Shown piece after piece: positions 1 through 11,730 of a DNA stretch of 64,000 nucleotides. Under the pieces are notes generated by a model, which had not been told where the DNA came from, did not search any database, and saw nothing but the letters and a program-made list of their open reading frames with translations. The position numbers and the translations under genes are program-made. Numbering within the stretch: the stretch's first letter is position 1; each line of letters starts with the position of its first letter. This stretch comes from Antedon mediterranea (lineage: Eukaryota; Animalia; Echinodermata): assembly GCF_964355755.1 (NCBI RefSeq), contig NC_092672.1:38322437-38386436 (forward strand), read 5' to 3'.

Positions 1-85
1 CAAAAATAAATGATGTGATACAATAATATGATAACAAATAAGCAATCACAATCAAGAACTTGAAAGCTAATTCTCTTTTACACAG

Positions 86-213
86 ATTCAATTTACAAAC
101 AGAAGTACGAGAGATTAAGACGAGAAATGGAGATGATGAAAAAGCGATTACAACATGAACTTGAAGAAGAATCAGAAAAACAACATTCCATTAAAAAATC
201 ACTTGAAAAACAG
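86..213 (+). CDS. MYO18A: Unconventional myosin-XVIII coiled-coil tail, internal exon (gene starts upstream of window)
   Basis: ttttacacag acceptor and CAG|GTAAAT donor; translates SIYKQKYERLRREMEMMKKRLQHELEEE..., resembling the MYO18A tail segment [22 protein letters not shown] as I recall it. Confidence 0.88.
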
Positions 214-585
214 GTAAATTAATGTTGCTAGCTAACTATGTTATCTTCCTATCAGCAAATTGTACTTAACCCATTCCTGATAATGGAGTTATCGCTTGAT
301 GGTTAAGATGGTTGGCTACCATTCCTAGGGTTCCTGGTTCACATCCTGTCGAATGTCTTATCTCATGATGAAACAATTTCTCTCCAAAGGACTAGCTGTA
401 AAGCTTTGTTAATGTAGAGCATCTTGTGTATATGTTTGTCTTGTAAACATGATTGCCACCTTTAAGAAGGATAGTCAGAAAATGCGATATTACATACTTG
501 AGTAGGCTAAGTTTAGTACAGTATTTTCCAGAATAAAAACTAAAAACTGCAAAAAAAAGGAATTACTAGTACTAGTGTTTTACAG

Positions 586-740
586 TTAATAGAAGCAAAT
601 GGTGATATTGATGATTGGAAGAAGCAGGTGCAAACACTAAAGAAGAAGAATCAGAAGCAAGTACGAGAGGCACAAGACTTACATCTTCACTTGGAGAGTC
701 AGCAAGCAAGAAACAATGAACTCGAGAAAAAACAAAGAAA
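586..740 (+). CDS. MYO18A: Myosin-XVIII tail exon
   Basis: AG/GT bounded and phase-consistent; ...LKKKNQKQVREAQDLHLHLESQQARNNELEKKQRK vs MYO18A LHLEGQQVRNHELEKKQRR. Confidence 0.92.
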
Positions 741-806
741 GTAGGTGTTTCATTCAGTAGCTCAATGGTTATTCATACCAGTTTTTAGATCAGAGTTGAA
801 TTGAGT

Positions 807-986
807 GAGTGGCGTAACGGCTATGAGCGCTCACTAGCTAAACCCCAGAGCTTATGGGGCCCATGAGCAGTGCCTAGAGGAAAAAACAGGCATTAAAATA
901 AACGCACGATGCCTCCAGCATTTGAACTTGGAGGGCCACTTAGGTTTCCTAAACCAGGGGTCTCAGGCCTCTGCGTTACGCCACTG
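807..986. mobile_element. hAT-type MITE
   Basis: TIRs (g)AGTGGCGTAACG / CGTTACGCCACTG flanked by a perfect 8-bp TSD AATTGAGT (799-806 and 987-994). Confidence 0.8.
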
Positions 987-1211
987 AATTGAGTAAGTGG
1001 GGTTGTAGCTTGGTGGTTAAGATGTTGCAACATGTTCTATACATAAAACTACCTTTTAAACATTCATTAATGATAATATATAGAAAAAAACTGCAGTACA
1101 AGTCCGTTATCATGCGTGTATAACTTTTTTAATGAAACTGTAAATGGCTAATATATTTGCTGCCAAATTTTATTTATTTTATTCATTAAATTCACCCTTG
1201 TGTTAATATAG

Positions 1212-1335
1212 GTTTGATAACGAAATGCACAAAGTACACGCAGATGCACATAAAGAAAGGACTCAACGAGAAAGATTGCAGCGTGAAAGAGATATTTTAC
1301 AATCAGAAAATTATCATGTTAAGCAGGAACTTGAG
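1212..1335 (+). CDS. MYO18A: Myosin-XVIII tail exon
   Basis: Phase-2 acceptor; FDNEMHKVHADAHKERTQRERLQRERDILQSENYHVKQELE vs MYO18A [27 protein letters not shown]. Confidence 0.92.
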
Positions 1336-2478
1336 GTTAGTTAGCAAGAAGCTTTGAGGATTATATTCCAAGACCTTGAATTAAGTATACAATTTTAATG
1401 GAATGCATTTGTTGATAATGCATATAGATCAAATCAAATCAAAATAAAATAAACATTTATTTCCTTCAATTGCAGAAAAGATAGAAACATAATCTATAAC
1501 AACAATGAAACGTAATAAAAACTATGATGTTATTACATAATGATGTATCTTATGAAAATAGAATTATAATATTAAGGTTTAAAAAAAGGACAAATGACAA
1601 GAAAATGTCGTTCCGGCCCACTGTCATTTTTTTGTACACATTTATTGTCGCAGTATGTTTTGGTTCTTGAATGTAAACACCAAGTTGATTCAAGTTATGT
1701 TTTTTTTGTTTGTTTTTTTTATTTATGATTCTGTACATTTTCAGCCAGAATTGCCCATATAATATAATAATGTAGTTGGTTACTGTTGTTGTAGCCGTCT
1801 TCTTCTGAAGACACATGGCCGTCATTGACGAATACTTAGTATCAGTTGACTTCGCTGCTGGTGTACTCCAGATCTACGTTTATACCATGCTATACACTTT
1901 TATATATTTATATAACATTGAGAATAAGAGCTACATTACTTGGTACAGATTCCACAACATATGAATTAATTCTTCTCTACATAATTATAATGTGTAGTAA
2001 CGTCAACAACCATGTTGTTTTACCTTTGGCTGCAGGGGAATTTAAGGAATAAATTTATAATCTCCCAAGTTAGCCATTTGCTAATGCCAAGTTCAAGCTG
2101 CGATGCGACATGATTTGTACATTAAAGATTTTTTGCCTGAAAAATGCATCACTTAGTGCAGCTTATATTTTATCCTATGCCGTTGGGATTGCTTTCTGCA
2201 TGATATAAGAGAACGATTAACCTCACTTGCCAAATAATTTATTAACTCCATACTGTGTATGGAGTTATGTATTGTGAATCTTCTTCGTAGAAATCTGTAG
2301 TTTTTCACCCCTAAAGAAATGTGATCTTTATAAATGTAATATTTTTTTTAAATGAGGGGATAATCTTTAAAAACACAGGTTTAAAATCTGAAATACGAAA
2401 ATCTTAGAAATTCCTAATTTACAATAACATAGTTGTCACAATTATCCTTAAAATTATAATACCTGTCTTGGAAATTTG

Positions 2479-2623
2479 TAAAGTTCTGTCTATACAATTA
2501 AACTTTATATGTTTGCCTATATATGGACATGATGATGTCATATCAACACCATTTTTAGTCATATAACTACCATAAATGGGCACATCACACTTTTTTGTCA
2601 AAAACTAGTTTGATAGTGTAGAT
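2479..2623. mobile_element. MITE family 1 copy (AGCTCTGTCTACACT termini, PIF/Harbinger-like), inverted
   Basis: Shares the termini and the internal CCCAAATATGGTAGTGATATG-type motif with the copies at 8392, 11588 and elsewhere. Confidence 0.7.
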
Positions 2624-2773
2624 AAAAACGCCTTGAGCACTTTTAGTGGATATGTGCGCTATGTAAATTGTTATATTATAATTATTATAGAGCCTAACAT
2701 TTATGAATAGACATAATTCGTATAACACTGATGCATTGTTAAATAGTGAAAATGTTTGTTTTAATTATTAAAG

Positions 2774-2974
2774 GATGTAAAATCTGAGGTATCCATTAAA
2801 GAAACATTAATGGAAAATCTACAATCGGAGTTAAACGATGCATCAAGTCACGGAAATAAAGATGAAAAAGATGTCCTGGTGTTAAAGAAAGCGAGACGTG
2901 ACCTGGAGGCCAAAGTTCAAGATCAAGAAGAGGAGCTTGACGAACAAGCTGGCGAGATTCAAATGCTACAGCAG
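2774..2974 (+). CDS. MYO18A: Myosin-XVIII tail exon
   Basis: Within ORF 2810..3133; [26 protein letters not shown] is nearly identical to MYO18[27 protein letters not shown]; CAG|GTACAT donor. Confidence 0.95.
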
Positions 2975-3148
2975 GTACATCCCATAATGATAATTTCCAT
3001 AAACACAACCATAATGTATGAAAATAATTATAGTGATGCTGCCAAGGTGTTTTTTATTTTAATAGTTAAAAAATATTTACAATATTTTGTTAGTTACCGT
3101 ATGTTTGTGAATAATATTAGACATTTAGTATAATTTGTATAATATTCA

Positions 3149-3446
3149 ATCCCTCCTGTTTGTTTGGGATCCTTCCTGTTTGTTTGGGATCCCTCCTGTT
3201 TGTTTGGGATCCTTCCTGTTTGTTTGGGATCCTTCCTGTTTGTTTGGGATCCCTCCTGTTTGTTTGGGATCCCTCCTGTTTGTTTGGGATCCCTCCTGTT
3301 TGTTTGGGATCCTTCCTGTTTGTTTGGGATCCTTCCTGTTTGTTTGGGATCCCTCCTGTTTGTTTGGGATCCCTCCTGTTTGTTTGGGATCCCTCCTGTT
3401 TGTTTGGGATCCCTCCTGTTTTTTTGGGACCCCTCCTGTTTGTTTG
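3149..3446. repeat. 20-bp minisatellite (ATCCCTCCTGTTTGTTTGGG), about 15 copies
   Basis: Direct tandem repeat; explains the six overlapping repetitive ORFs at 3094-3490. Confidence 0.97.
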
Positions 3447-3811
3447 CAAAGAATAAATATGTAGATAATATTAACAGCATAGACCATTAAAGTACTTTGA
3501 TGTGTAAAATGTTAACAGTAACCTCAAAATATACTGCCTTCGCATTTGATACATTTATTTATGCATGTTGAGGCTCTCAGATGTGATCAAACCGACCAAG
3601 GTACATTTTATGCTAAACTGACCTGAATGCATTCAGCTTATTAGTCAAAAACTATGTTGATCTTAGATCCAGCATACAAACTCTAGTCTACTAATTCCAT
3701 TAAGCGATATTGTCACACATTTTCCCATTGCTATTTTTTTAATCTGGTTAGTTATATAGTTTATGATTTTCTCATTTTGTCTCGGCTATTAACAAAGTTT
3801 TTATGTTATTC

Positions 3812-4134
3812 TAATTTTTATTTTATTTATTTTATTCAATCGAAACCAACAGCGATAATTAACACCACTAACAGGTTTAAAGCACCTTAATTGGTCCTGA
3901 CATTGATCAAGGGCTTCCTTCGTCCAGTGCCCACCTTGACCAGAGAAAATGCATAAGCCAATACGTCTGAGGCAGATACTAGATGCAGGGGCTGCCATAA
4001 GAGTCAGCAGTGCTGATTTCAAATGCCTAACGCGACCCCAGCTCCATATATAGCACATACTATTCCCAGATCCAAGCTCTAACCAGGCCCAACTTTGCTT
4101 AACTTTCAACGTGGGACGGTAAAGCCGTATATGC
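3812..4134 (-). mobile_element. 5S rRNA-derived SINE (SINE3-like)
   Basis: Minus strand reads GCATATACGGCTTTACC..CACGTTGAAAGTTAAGCAAAGTTGGGCCTGGTTAGAGCTTGGAT-CTGGGAATA..GTGCTATATATG, which is 5S rRNA with two internal deletions; then a ~200-bp body and an A-rich tail. Confidence 0.75.
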
Positions 4135-5440
4135 TTTATATGTTTATTCCCATTATCTCTTAATAATCAACTGATAATAATGGAGTCTTAGAACTGTGTC
4201 TGATATGCATTCATGTAAACGGTGTGTTTCATTGCAATTATTCTTAAGGGTTAATACACTGTAACATGTGACATTGTTGGGTCACACATGATACACACAA
4301 AACTATATTATAGAATTTGTCTAGATACAGTAAGCAAACGTTGTTGTAAATAAGATTAATCTTTCTGCCTAAATTGTCCTCCAAAAATAAAATTAGTCAT
4401 GGTGGATTTGTGTATTAATATGAAAACGTAAATTGAGGATGTGAAAACAGATGACAAATGAGTTTATCCTTGGTCTAATTCAAACTACTACTACTGCCCA
4501 CATGAAACATTGTCAACTAGATTCAAATCGTACTTCACTTATATTAATCATAGTAGTAATGTGATCTTAAACGAATGCACGCTATTGGAAATCAAGAAAA
4601 ATTTAATTTTAAACAAGATTTATCAGGGAAATGTGTACCAAAATAAAGTCATTAATATTTATCACAAGTCTGAATATAAAGACTATATTTTTTATTATAA
4701 AAGCAGAAGATGATTGGAAATTGTTATTTTCAAGGAACAAACTATTATTAAATTCTTATCATTGTTGTTGTATGATTTATTGATTTTTTTTACATAAAAT
4801 AAAATCTTTAGTTTACATACATTTCTTTAATTTATTTTTTTATAAAAATGAACCCATTGTTATAAACACACGAAAAGTGTTTCTGACAGCTGAGAAGATT
4901 GTAGATGGCCCTTAGGACAGATACAAAATAATGAACTGAGCATGTTTGTGCCTGTAAGCAAGACACATGTGTTAGTGTCCCTAGGATTCTAGCCACGTAT
5001 CTGACATGGTTTCCCAACACCAAGCCTAGTTTTACTTCTATTAAAATTTACTGGATTTGTTTTCACGCTGCTGCTCTAGCCCGCTACGTCACACGAGATG
5101 ACTCATTCATTAGATGAAATCAAGCAGCTTTATAGTACTACACTTTGACATTTTTGTTAAAATGGAAACTCCACTATAATTTATTGGTACCACCTGTTGA
5201 ATCCAAAAACGGCTGAGAAAAGAGTCTAACGACAAATCCCAAAGCATTCTGGTATTTATGAGTCCCATGATATAATTCGCTGTCAGATAATCATTGAATT
5301 ATTATCAAAACAGTCCATTGAAGTTTTTGTTTGTAATAGGATACTTGAAGTATCTAGGCGTGATGAAGTGACCCCCAGACTTGACCTTAGCAATAACAAT
5401 AAGCGAGCAGCGTTTTTTGTAAGAAATATTCTTGTTTACT

Positions 5441-5570
5441 TTAAGTTTACTTTACACTATCAAACTAGTTTGACAAAAAAGAAAGTGCCCAAATATGGTA
5501 GTGATATGACATCATCATATTCATATATGGGCACATTATATTTGATTGTCACATAATGTTTGATAGTGTA
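5441..5570. mobile_element. MITE family 1 copy, degenerate
   Basis: TACACTATCAAACTAGTTTGAC...CCCAAATATGGTAGTGATATG...TTTGATAGTGTA. Confidence 0.7.
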
Positions 5571-6096
5571 ATCAACATTTAAAAGTTTGATACAGGATAT
5601 AAAGTGTGAAAACAGATACAGGATATAAAGTGTAGTCTGAAAAACAGTGAGGAGGAAGCAATTAGGATTCAATATTTAAAACTTTATTTGTTTATCTCCA
5701 TGAGTTGTTCAGGTTTAGAGTTTGTTTATAATTCTTCCATTGGCAATTGTAACGGGTCATTCCATCCGGTTAGAATACAGGAAGGAAAAGATTATGTATT
5801 TCAATGCTAAGATATATAAAAGCTTATGTAAACAATGAAAGGCATTTACCTGTAATAATATAAACAACTTTGAGTTTTTACGAGAAAAGGTAGTAATTAT
5901 AAAAAATGAAAGACGTAAAGAAAGACGGAGAATTAAGAAAGGATATGTTACAGGTTTGTTGTCGTCAGTTTAGTTTGACAATGAGAAATTTAAACCCTCA
6001 TTTCCAGTAGATTTGTCTGATGATATAGCATTTATTGAGTTTGTTTTATTTGACTTCTAAATTATCTTATCTTTATATTTTATTCTCTATTTTTAG

Positions 6097-6207
6097 GCCA
6101 AATTAAGACTGGAAATGCAGAATGAAAAAATGAAGATGTCCAATCAGAAAGAACTTGAAGCAAAAGATGAAGAAGTTGAAAGTATGAGGGCAAGTTGTCA
6201 GAATAAG
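6097..6207 (+). CDS. MYO18A: Myosin-XVIII tail exon
   Basis: Polypyrimidine-TAG acceptor and AAG|GTAAGT donor; AKLRLEMQNEKMKMSNQKELEAKDEEVESMRASCQNK vs MYO18A AKLRLEMEMERMRQ...RDEEVEEARQSCQKK. Confidence 0.95.
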
Positions 6208-6386
6208 GTAAGTTTGATAGGTGGTTGTGATGATGGCAAAAGATGAAGAAGTTGAAAGTATGAGGGCAAGTTGTCAGAATAAGGTAAGTTTGATAGGTGG
6301 TTGTTGTGATGATGTAGCTATATAGTAAATGTTTTTGTATTGTGCTGTAGTGCATATAAGATCTACTAGGGCTTGTAGCACTTAAG

Positions 6387-6552
6387 AAGGCCAATTTACA
6401 CAGACGAGTGGTAACGGTAATAAAAATGTTTTTCCGTATGACCATTTACACACGTCGAGCAGAAGGGCGCTCAGGATAGACACAGATTCAATGTTAGACA
6501 AGCTACGCAGTTTTCCACTTACCGTTACCGCTCGTCTGCGTAAATTGGCCTT
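6387..6552. mobile_element. MITE with ~34-bp TIRs (Harbinger-like)
   Basis: AAGGCCAATTTACACAGACGAGTGGTAACGGTAA ... TTACCGTTACCGCTCGTCTGCGTAAATTGGCCTT inverted termini. Confidence 0.75.
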
Positions 6553-6786
6553 AAGATGTATTAGATCTTGTAATGTAACACCTATAAGATATATTAGATC
6601 TTGTCGATGGATAAAACTAGTAAAGTTGGGGAAGATGTCTATTCTTTATTCTTACTGATGTCATGGTGATAATGGTTCATGGTGATGTTGGTGCCTATGG
6701 TAACATCATTGGTGATGATGGTACACAGTGGTTCATACCAATTGTGATTACCACAGTATTTCTCATTGTTTTTATTATTATTCTAG

Positions 6787-7038
6787 TTAAAACAACTTGA
6801 GGTTCAAATTGAAGAGGAATATTCTGAACGGCAGAAAGCCATTCGAGATAAACGAGACCTAGAACAAAAACTGACAGAATTACGCGACAAGTCATCTCAA
6901 GGAGACAAAGATGTTGAACGTCGACTGCGTAAGGATCTTAAGAAGACTAAAGCATTGTTAAGTGATGCTCAAACAGTGTTAGACAAACAGCAGACATCAG
7001 CTAGTACTAGTGCTAAGATCAAACAACTTAAGAATGAG
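6787..7038 (+). CDS. MYO18A: Myosin-XVIII tail exon
   Basis: LKQLEVQIEEEYSE...VERRLRKDLKKTKALLSDAQ...IKQLKNE vs MYO18A EKRLRKDLKRTKALLADAQ; AG/GT bounded. Confidence 0.95.
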
Positions 7039-7479
7039 GTATTTTCATCGGTTGCTTCTTATTAACCTTTGTTATAATGTTCATGTACCAGTCCTCCTGA
7101 AATTTTGATATAGAGAACAGCCATCTTTAAACCATTACATTTTGATTGCATATGCTTTGTAGTAACTTTTAAATTTAAAAAAAAATAAACAAAAGCCTTG
7201 TTAGTAATTCCTTTTACAAAGTTTGTGGTACTGAAAAGAACTGTTGAGTTTCTTGACCTTTTGATTGTCCTCAGGAGTGAGAATATAGAAAGTCCATGAA
7301 ACTGGGAATATAAGGAAAATATTTATTTCACCACCTAAACAAACAAAAAAAATGTTTTAATTCCATAGACTAGAAGTTAGCATCATACATTATTACTTTA
7401 CAAGTTACTTTTTATGAGTTATTGTATGTTAATATCAATTAACCTGCAGTTGACTTAAAACATGAATGTTTCATTTTAG

Positions 7480-7593
7480 CTGGAAGACACGCAATACACT
7501 GTCATCTCAGCTGTGAAAGCTCGTCAAAGTATCGAGACAGAACTTGCCGATATTCAGTCCCAACTTGACGATGCCTTACGGGCGAAATCTGAA
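7480..7593 (+). CDS. MYO18A: Myosin-XVIII tail exon
   Basis: LEDTQYTVISAVKARQSIETELADIQSQLDDALRAKSE; GAA|GTAAGT donor. Confidence 0.93.
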
Positions 7594-8238
7594 GTAAGTC
7601 TCGATTTTCGATGCTGACTCGAAATGAATAGCTCGAGGCAATAACATATACATGATCATTTTATTTAATAATTGTTGCTACTAGACACGTTAGCTTTGAG
7701 CAAGAACATTTACCAAGAATTATTAGTGTGATTAATTCTGATGTTAATTCCGCAAGTTGAATTATTAGAATAAATAATAGATTATTGTAAATTATGTAAT
7801 TCAATATTGCAATATATAATTAACCTTTTAAAGATTGTAATATATAAAATCTATTTGCTATGTATGGTAATACAAATTTCAATTACAGACAGTACTGTAT
7901 TTACAATACAGGAAACTTTTACCTTTATACATAAAAAGTTTTATATATTTAAAATTTTACTGGTCTGTTTTGAAGAGATCTAACTCCTTGAATTACTCAC
8001 TGTCCCTATCTGAGCAGTTACAAGTAAATCTTTTGCAAGCCGTTTTAGCAGCTCGTAAATGACCATTTGTTTACACCTACTGGTCTGTTTAAATGAGAGC
8101 TAACGCCTTAAACTACTCACTGTCCCTATCCGAGCAGTTACGATTAAATCTTTGAGTTTCAGCAAGTTGTTAGCTGCATGTCTAATATGCCTAATGATTC
8201 ATGGTTTAAGTGTTTTGATTAATTGTGTTTATTTTTAG

Positions 8239-8355
8239 TCTGAAGAGAAAGTATCTCGTTTAAATCGTGAGAACAATGAGTTGCAGTCAAGAATTGATGA
8301 CCAAGATGAAGATTTTAATGAACTTCTAAAGAAACATAAATCCTTCGTATTCCAG
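8239..8355 (+). CDS. MYO18A: Myosin-XVIII tail exon
   Basis: SEEKVSRLNRENNELQSRIDDQDEDFNELLKKHKSFVFQ vs MYO18A EDQEDMNELMKKHKAAVAQ; AG/GT bounded. Confidence 0.93.
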
Positions 8356-8391
8356 GTATTAGATTAATTCCTATTTTATGTTTATTGTGTA

Positions 8392-8542
8392 TAAAGCTCT
8401 GTCTACACTATTAAACTAGTTTGACAAAAGAAGTGTGATGTGCCAAAATATGGTAGTGATATACCCAAATATGTTAGTGATATGACGTCATGTCCATATA
8501 TGGGCACACCACATAAAGTTTGATAGTGTAGACAGAGCTTTA
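8392..8542. mobile_element. MITE family 1, complete copy
   Basis: TAAAGCTCTGTCTACACTATTAAACT ... AGTTTGATAGTGTAGACAGAGCTTTA terminal inverted repeats. Confidence 0.85.
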
Positions 8543-8622
8543 TATTGCAAATTCTGTTTTATGTGACTTAAACTTGACTTTTTTTATTAATAAAATAAAT
8601 ATTAATTTATGATTCGTTTCAG

Positions 8623-8706
8623 GCATCAAACGATCATGCTAAAATATCAGAAAATTTGCAGCAGATTTCAGATTTAACGGAGCAAAAGCAACAGCTAGAG
8701 GAGAAG
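8623..8706 (+). CDS. MYO18A: Myosin-XVIII tail exon
   Basis: ASNDHAKISENLQQISDLTEQKQQLEEK; tttcag acceptor and AAG|GTAAAC donor, phase 0/0. Confidence 0.9.
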
Positions 8707-9211
8707 GTAAACACAAACAAACAAAACCATTGCCCAAATACCTGTGTATGTATTGTTGTCCCCTCTGTTATGGCACCCTCTTTTTCACCCAAACTACTGT
8801 TTAAAAAATGTTTTCGACTACACAAAATTATTGTTTCTAATGGATTCAAGTTTTGTCCCCCTGTTTTATTCATCCTCTATCACCCAACATACTACTTGAA
8901 CATATTTTCTTCTGTGACTATCCGGCAATATAATGTTGTGTCCATCACATGGAACTGTGTCTCAAGCATGAATAAGAATATACAGTAGTTAATGTATGTA
9001 CAGGTGACATATTACTTTTTAATTACGTACACGCTTCTCACAAAATGTTTTTTGCAAGCTGTTTTATAAGATTTACAGTTTGCCCTTGACTTTACCTTGA
9101 CCTTACCTTGACCTTAATCTTTTCCTCATTCCATTATCACTATTATTAATTATCCAACAAAATGAAACTTTTTGTAAATATCAATTACTTTACGTAGCGA
9201 ACTGTACTTAA

Positions 9212-9509
9212 AGATGTATTGTCCACCTGGAAACAAAAAATTCTTAAACATTTTTTTTTAATATGCTATTTTAATGTCACCTAATATTTATCCAAAAATG
9301 TATTTACCTAAAAAAACTGTAATTTAGAGCAAAAAATATTTTTGTTGTTGAATTTATCCGTTTATTTTGTCATTTTATAAGTAAAATATTATTGTTTTTG
9401 TTTTTTTTTTCTATGGAAATTATTAAGTTTGTTAAAACTACAAAATAGCCTATTCAAAGTGTCATTTTATTAATCTTCATTTTTCATATTTTTGGGGGAC
9501 AATACATTT
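9212..9509. mobile_element. Kolobok-like non-autonomous DNA transposon
   Basis: TTAA-AGATGTATTGTCC ... GGACAATACATTT-TTAA: TTAA TSD, RR..YY termini and 13-bp TIR. Confidence 0.6.
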
Positions 9510-9752
9510 TTAAATTTAAATTTTTAAAATTTCGTTTTTTTCAAGTAATGAATCGCTGTATGTATATTGCAATAATTACCAAACTGTATATCCAATAGTA
9601 TTAAAGACACCACTTTAATTACTGTCATCATTCTATAGAATGAATGAAATTTAAATTATGAATACATTTATAAACATTAAAAAAAAGTGTGACATAGGTG
9701 TAGTTACATCACACAAGTAGGTCAGTAGACACATTATGAGCATGATTTACAG

Positions 9753-9918
9753 TAAAGCGTGGTTCCCACTAGCGACGCAACACAAGGACGTAACGCAAGT
9801 GAATTGACCAATCACAAGTGAATAAGCCATCGCTAACTGTCTATTCGCTTGTCATTGGTTAAAACGCTTGCGTTGCGTTTACGTCCTTGCGTTACGTTCT
9901 AGTGGGAACCAAGCTTAA
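9753..9918. mobile_element. MITE family 2 (AGCGTGGTTCCCACTAG termini)
   Basis: Long imperfect TIRs; further copies at 43043-43210 and 50628-50765. Confidence 0.85.
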
Positions 9919-10722
9919 GTATAGAAGTTAAAAAAAGACCTTTCATATCTAGAGCACCCATACAAATAAATACACTACGGTGTCGACATACAAATGTGTG
10001 TCTGTCGTAAAAATTGGATGAGAATCGTAATTTCCTATGTGAATTAATAAATGTTATATCTGTGATATGTACCCTACTAGATGCAGGTGTAGTGCCGGAT
10101 GGACTCATTTATTGAATGTCACACAGTTTGTTCCAGCTATTTTTATCTTGACAGCACTCCAAGAATGTGTTAATATAATCATATTGTTCCTACGCCATGA
10201 TTATAAATAGTTTAAAGTAGGGACTTAAGGGAATATGATTTTAATGACAATATCAGGAATCTAATGGCAAAGGATTTTTGAATTATCAAAATTCTAGTTT
10301 TTATTTCAAAGAGAAGGAAATGTTTGAGCTTTAAAGCAATTATATTTCAGTTTATAATACAATCGTCCTGCCACCCAGGCATCTAAATTGCCATGGTGTA
10401 CAAACTTAGTTCCTAGTCTCCAGTATTCCACCTGGGTATGAGATGGATAAAAAATATGAACCCTAAATTGTCTCCCCTCCAGATTCTAAATGTATCTGGA
10501 TGGTAGATTGTCTCAACATTCATGATTCTACATAGACTCTTGGGATATTAATAAAGTTAATTTCAATATCAATGTATGCCCCGTAATTAACGTACGGATG
10601 CCAAAGGAATTGCTTTATTGGAAGTTGTCGCGACACTGATAGGAAAAAAAAGTAAAATGTTAGAAGTTACTAATTTCAAATATTACAATAGTTCTCTGAT
10701 TCTCTGACTAACCTGGTGTTCA

Positions 10723-11014
10723 CAGGCGCGGATTCAGGCTAAACTGGCTTTAGCCCTCCTAAAATTTACCAGCCATGTCCTTTTGTAAATAAATCGTTAA
10801 ATTCTTTTAAGGCTGCAATTGAGAAACATTGGGCTGACCACCCATTAAAATTTGTGCCATATGTAAAAACATTAATTTCATCAAGGGGCCTATAAGCACT
10901 GTATGCTTGGCTTCTATACCCAGGATATCCTGGGAATCACAAGTACACTATTTTTATCATTATGAAATATTTAGGCCCACCTACCACTATCCTATAATGC
11001 TGGATCCGCCCCTG
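10723..11014. mobile_element. hAT-like MITE
   Basis: CAGGCGCGGATTCAG ... CTGGATCCGCCCCTG inverted termini; the TSD is not clean. Confidence 0.55.
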
Positions 11015-11361
11015 GTTCATACCTCTAATAATACAATAGTTCTCCGATGACTAACCTGGTTTTCTTACCTCTAGACCACTAAGTTTCCACCGATGACTAA
11101 CCTGATTTTCTTACCTCTAGACCACTAAGTTTCCACTGATTGCTAAGGTCTGAGGAAGCAGTGCTGTAACAACATAAATTTATTAATTATAATCAGACAA
11201 GCAGCTTGTAGGACACCAAGCTATAGTGGTGTGTTTACATAGACACTCATATTATTATAAATCAGTCACATCAATGTACATGTAACAATGATTTATAAAA
11301 CTTCAATTTATAGTTTTATCTTAAGTTACTTATTGCATTACTCGCTTTGATTTCTGTTTAG

Positions 11362-11499
11362 GTTATTGAACTTAGTAATAAAGTGGAGTACATGGGGCAG
11401 ACGATGGTAGAGAAGAATTTGGTGACGAGGCTGGAGGCTAGGATACGAGATCTGGAAGCTAAGCTGGATTTGGAACAGAGTACAAGGCAGAGGAATGAT
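11362..11499 (+). CDS. MYO18A: Myosin-XVIII tail exon
   Basis: VIELSNKVEYMGQTMVEKNLVTRLEARIRDLEAKLDLEQSTRQRND vs MYO18A [31 protein letters not shown] donor. Confidence 0.93.
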
Positions 11500-11587
11500 G
11501 TAAGATTTGATTAATTCAATAAATATATTCACTCTCTTTCATATGCATAATATATTTGGGTAAGCTCTGCATAGTATATCAATTGAC

Positions 11588-11730
11588 TTAAGCTCTGTCT
11601 GTACTATCAAACTTTTTTTTTTTAAATGCGCCCATATATGGACATGATGATGTCATATCACTACCATATTTTATCACATCACATCACACTTTTATTATCA
11701 AACTAGTTTGATAATGTAGACAGAGCTTAA
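11588..11730. mobile_element. MITE family 1 copy, inverted
   Basis: TTAAGCTCTGTCTGTACTATCAAACT ... AGTTTGATAATGTAGACAGAGCTTAA. Confidence 0.82.

Noticed and set aside
284-352. tRNA gene (also the fragment near 998-1028 and the head at 24580-24653)
   Set aside because: A/B-box-like words only, with no intact cloverleaf; these are degenerate SINE heads.
3094-3490. Six overlapping ~100-aa ORFs
   Set aside because: Artefacts of a 20-bp intronic minisatellite that has no stop codons.
4047-4134. Functional 5S rRNA gene
   Set aside because: Two internal deletions, no oligo-T terminator directly after the head, and fusion to a body with an A-rich tail point to a SINE or pseudogene.
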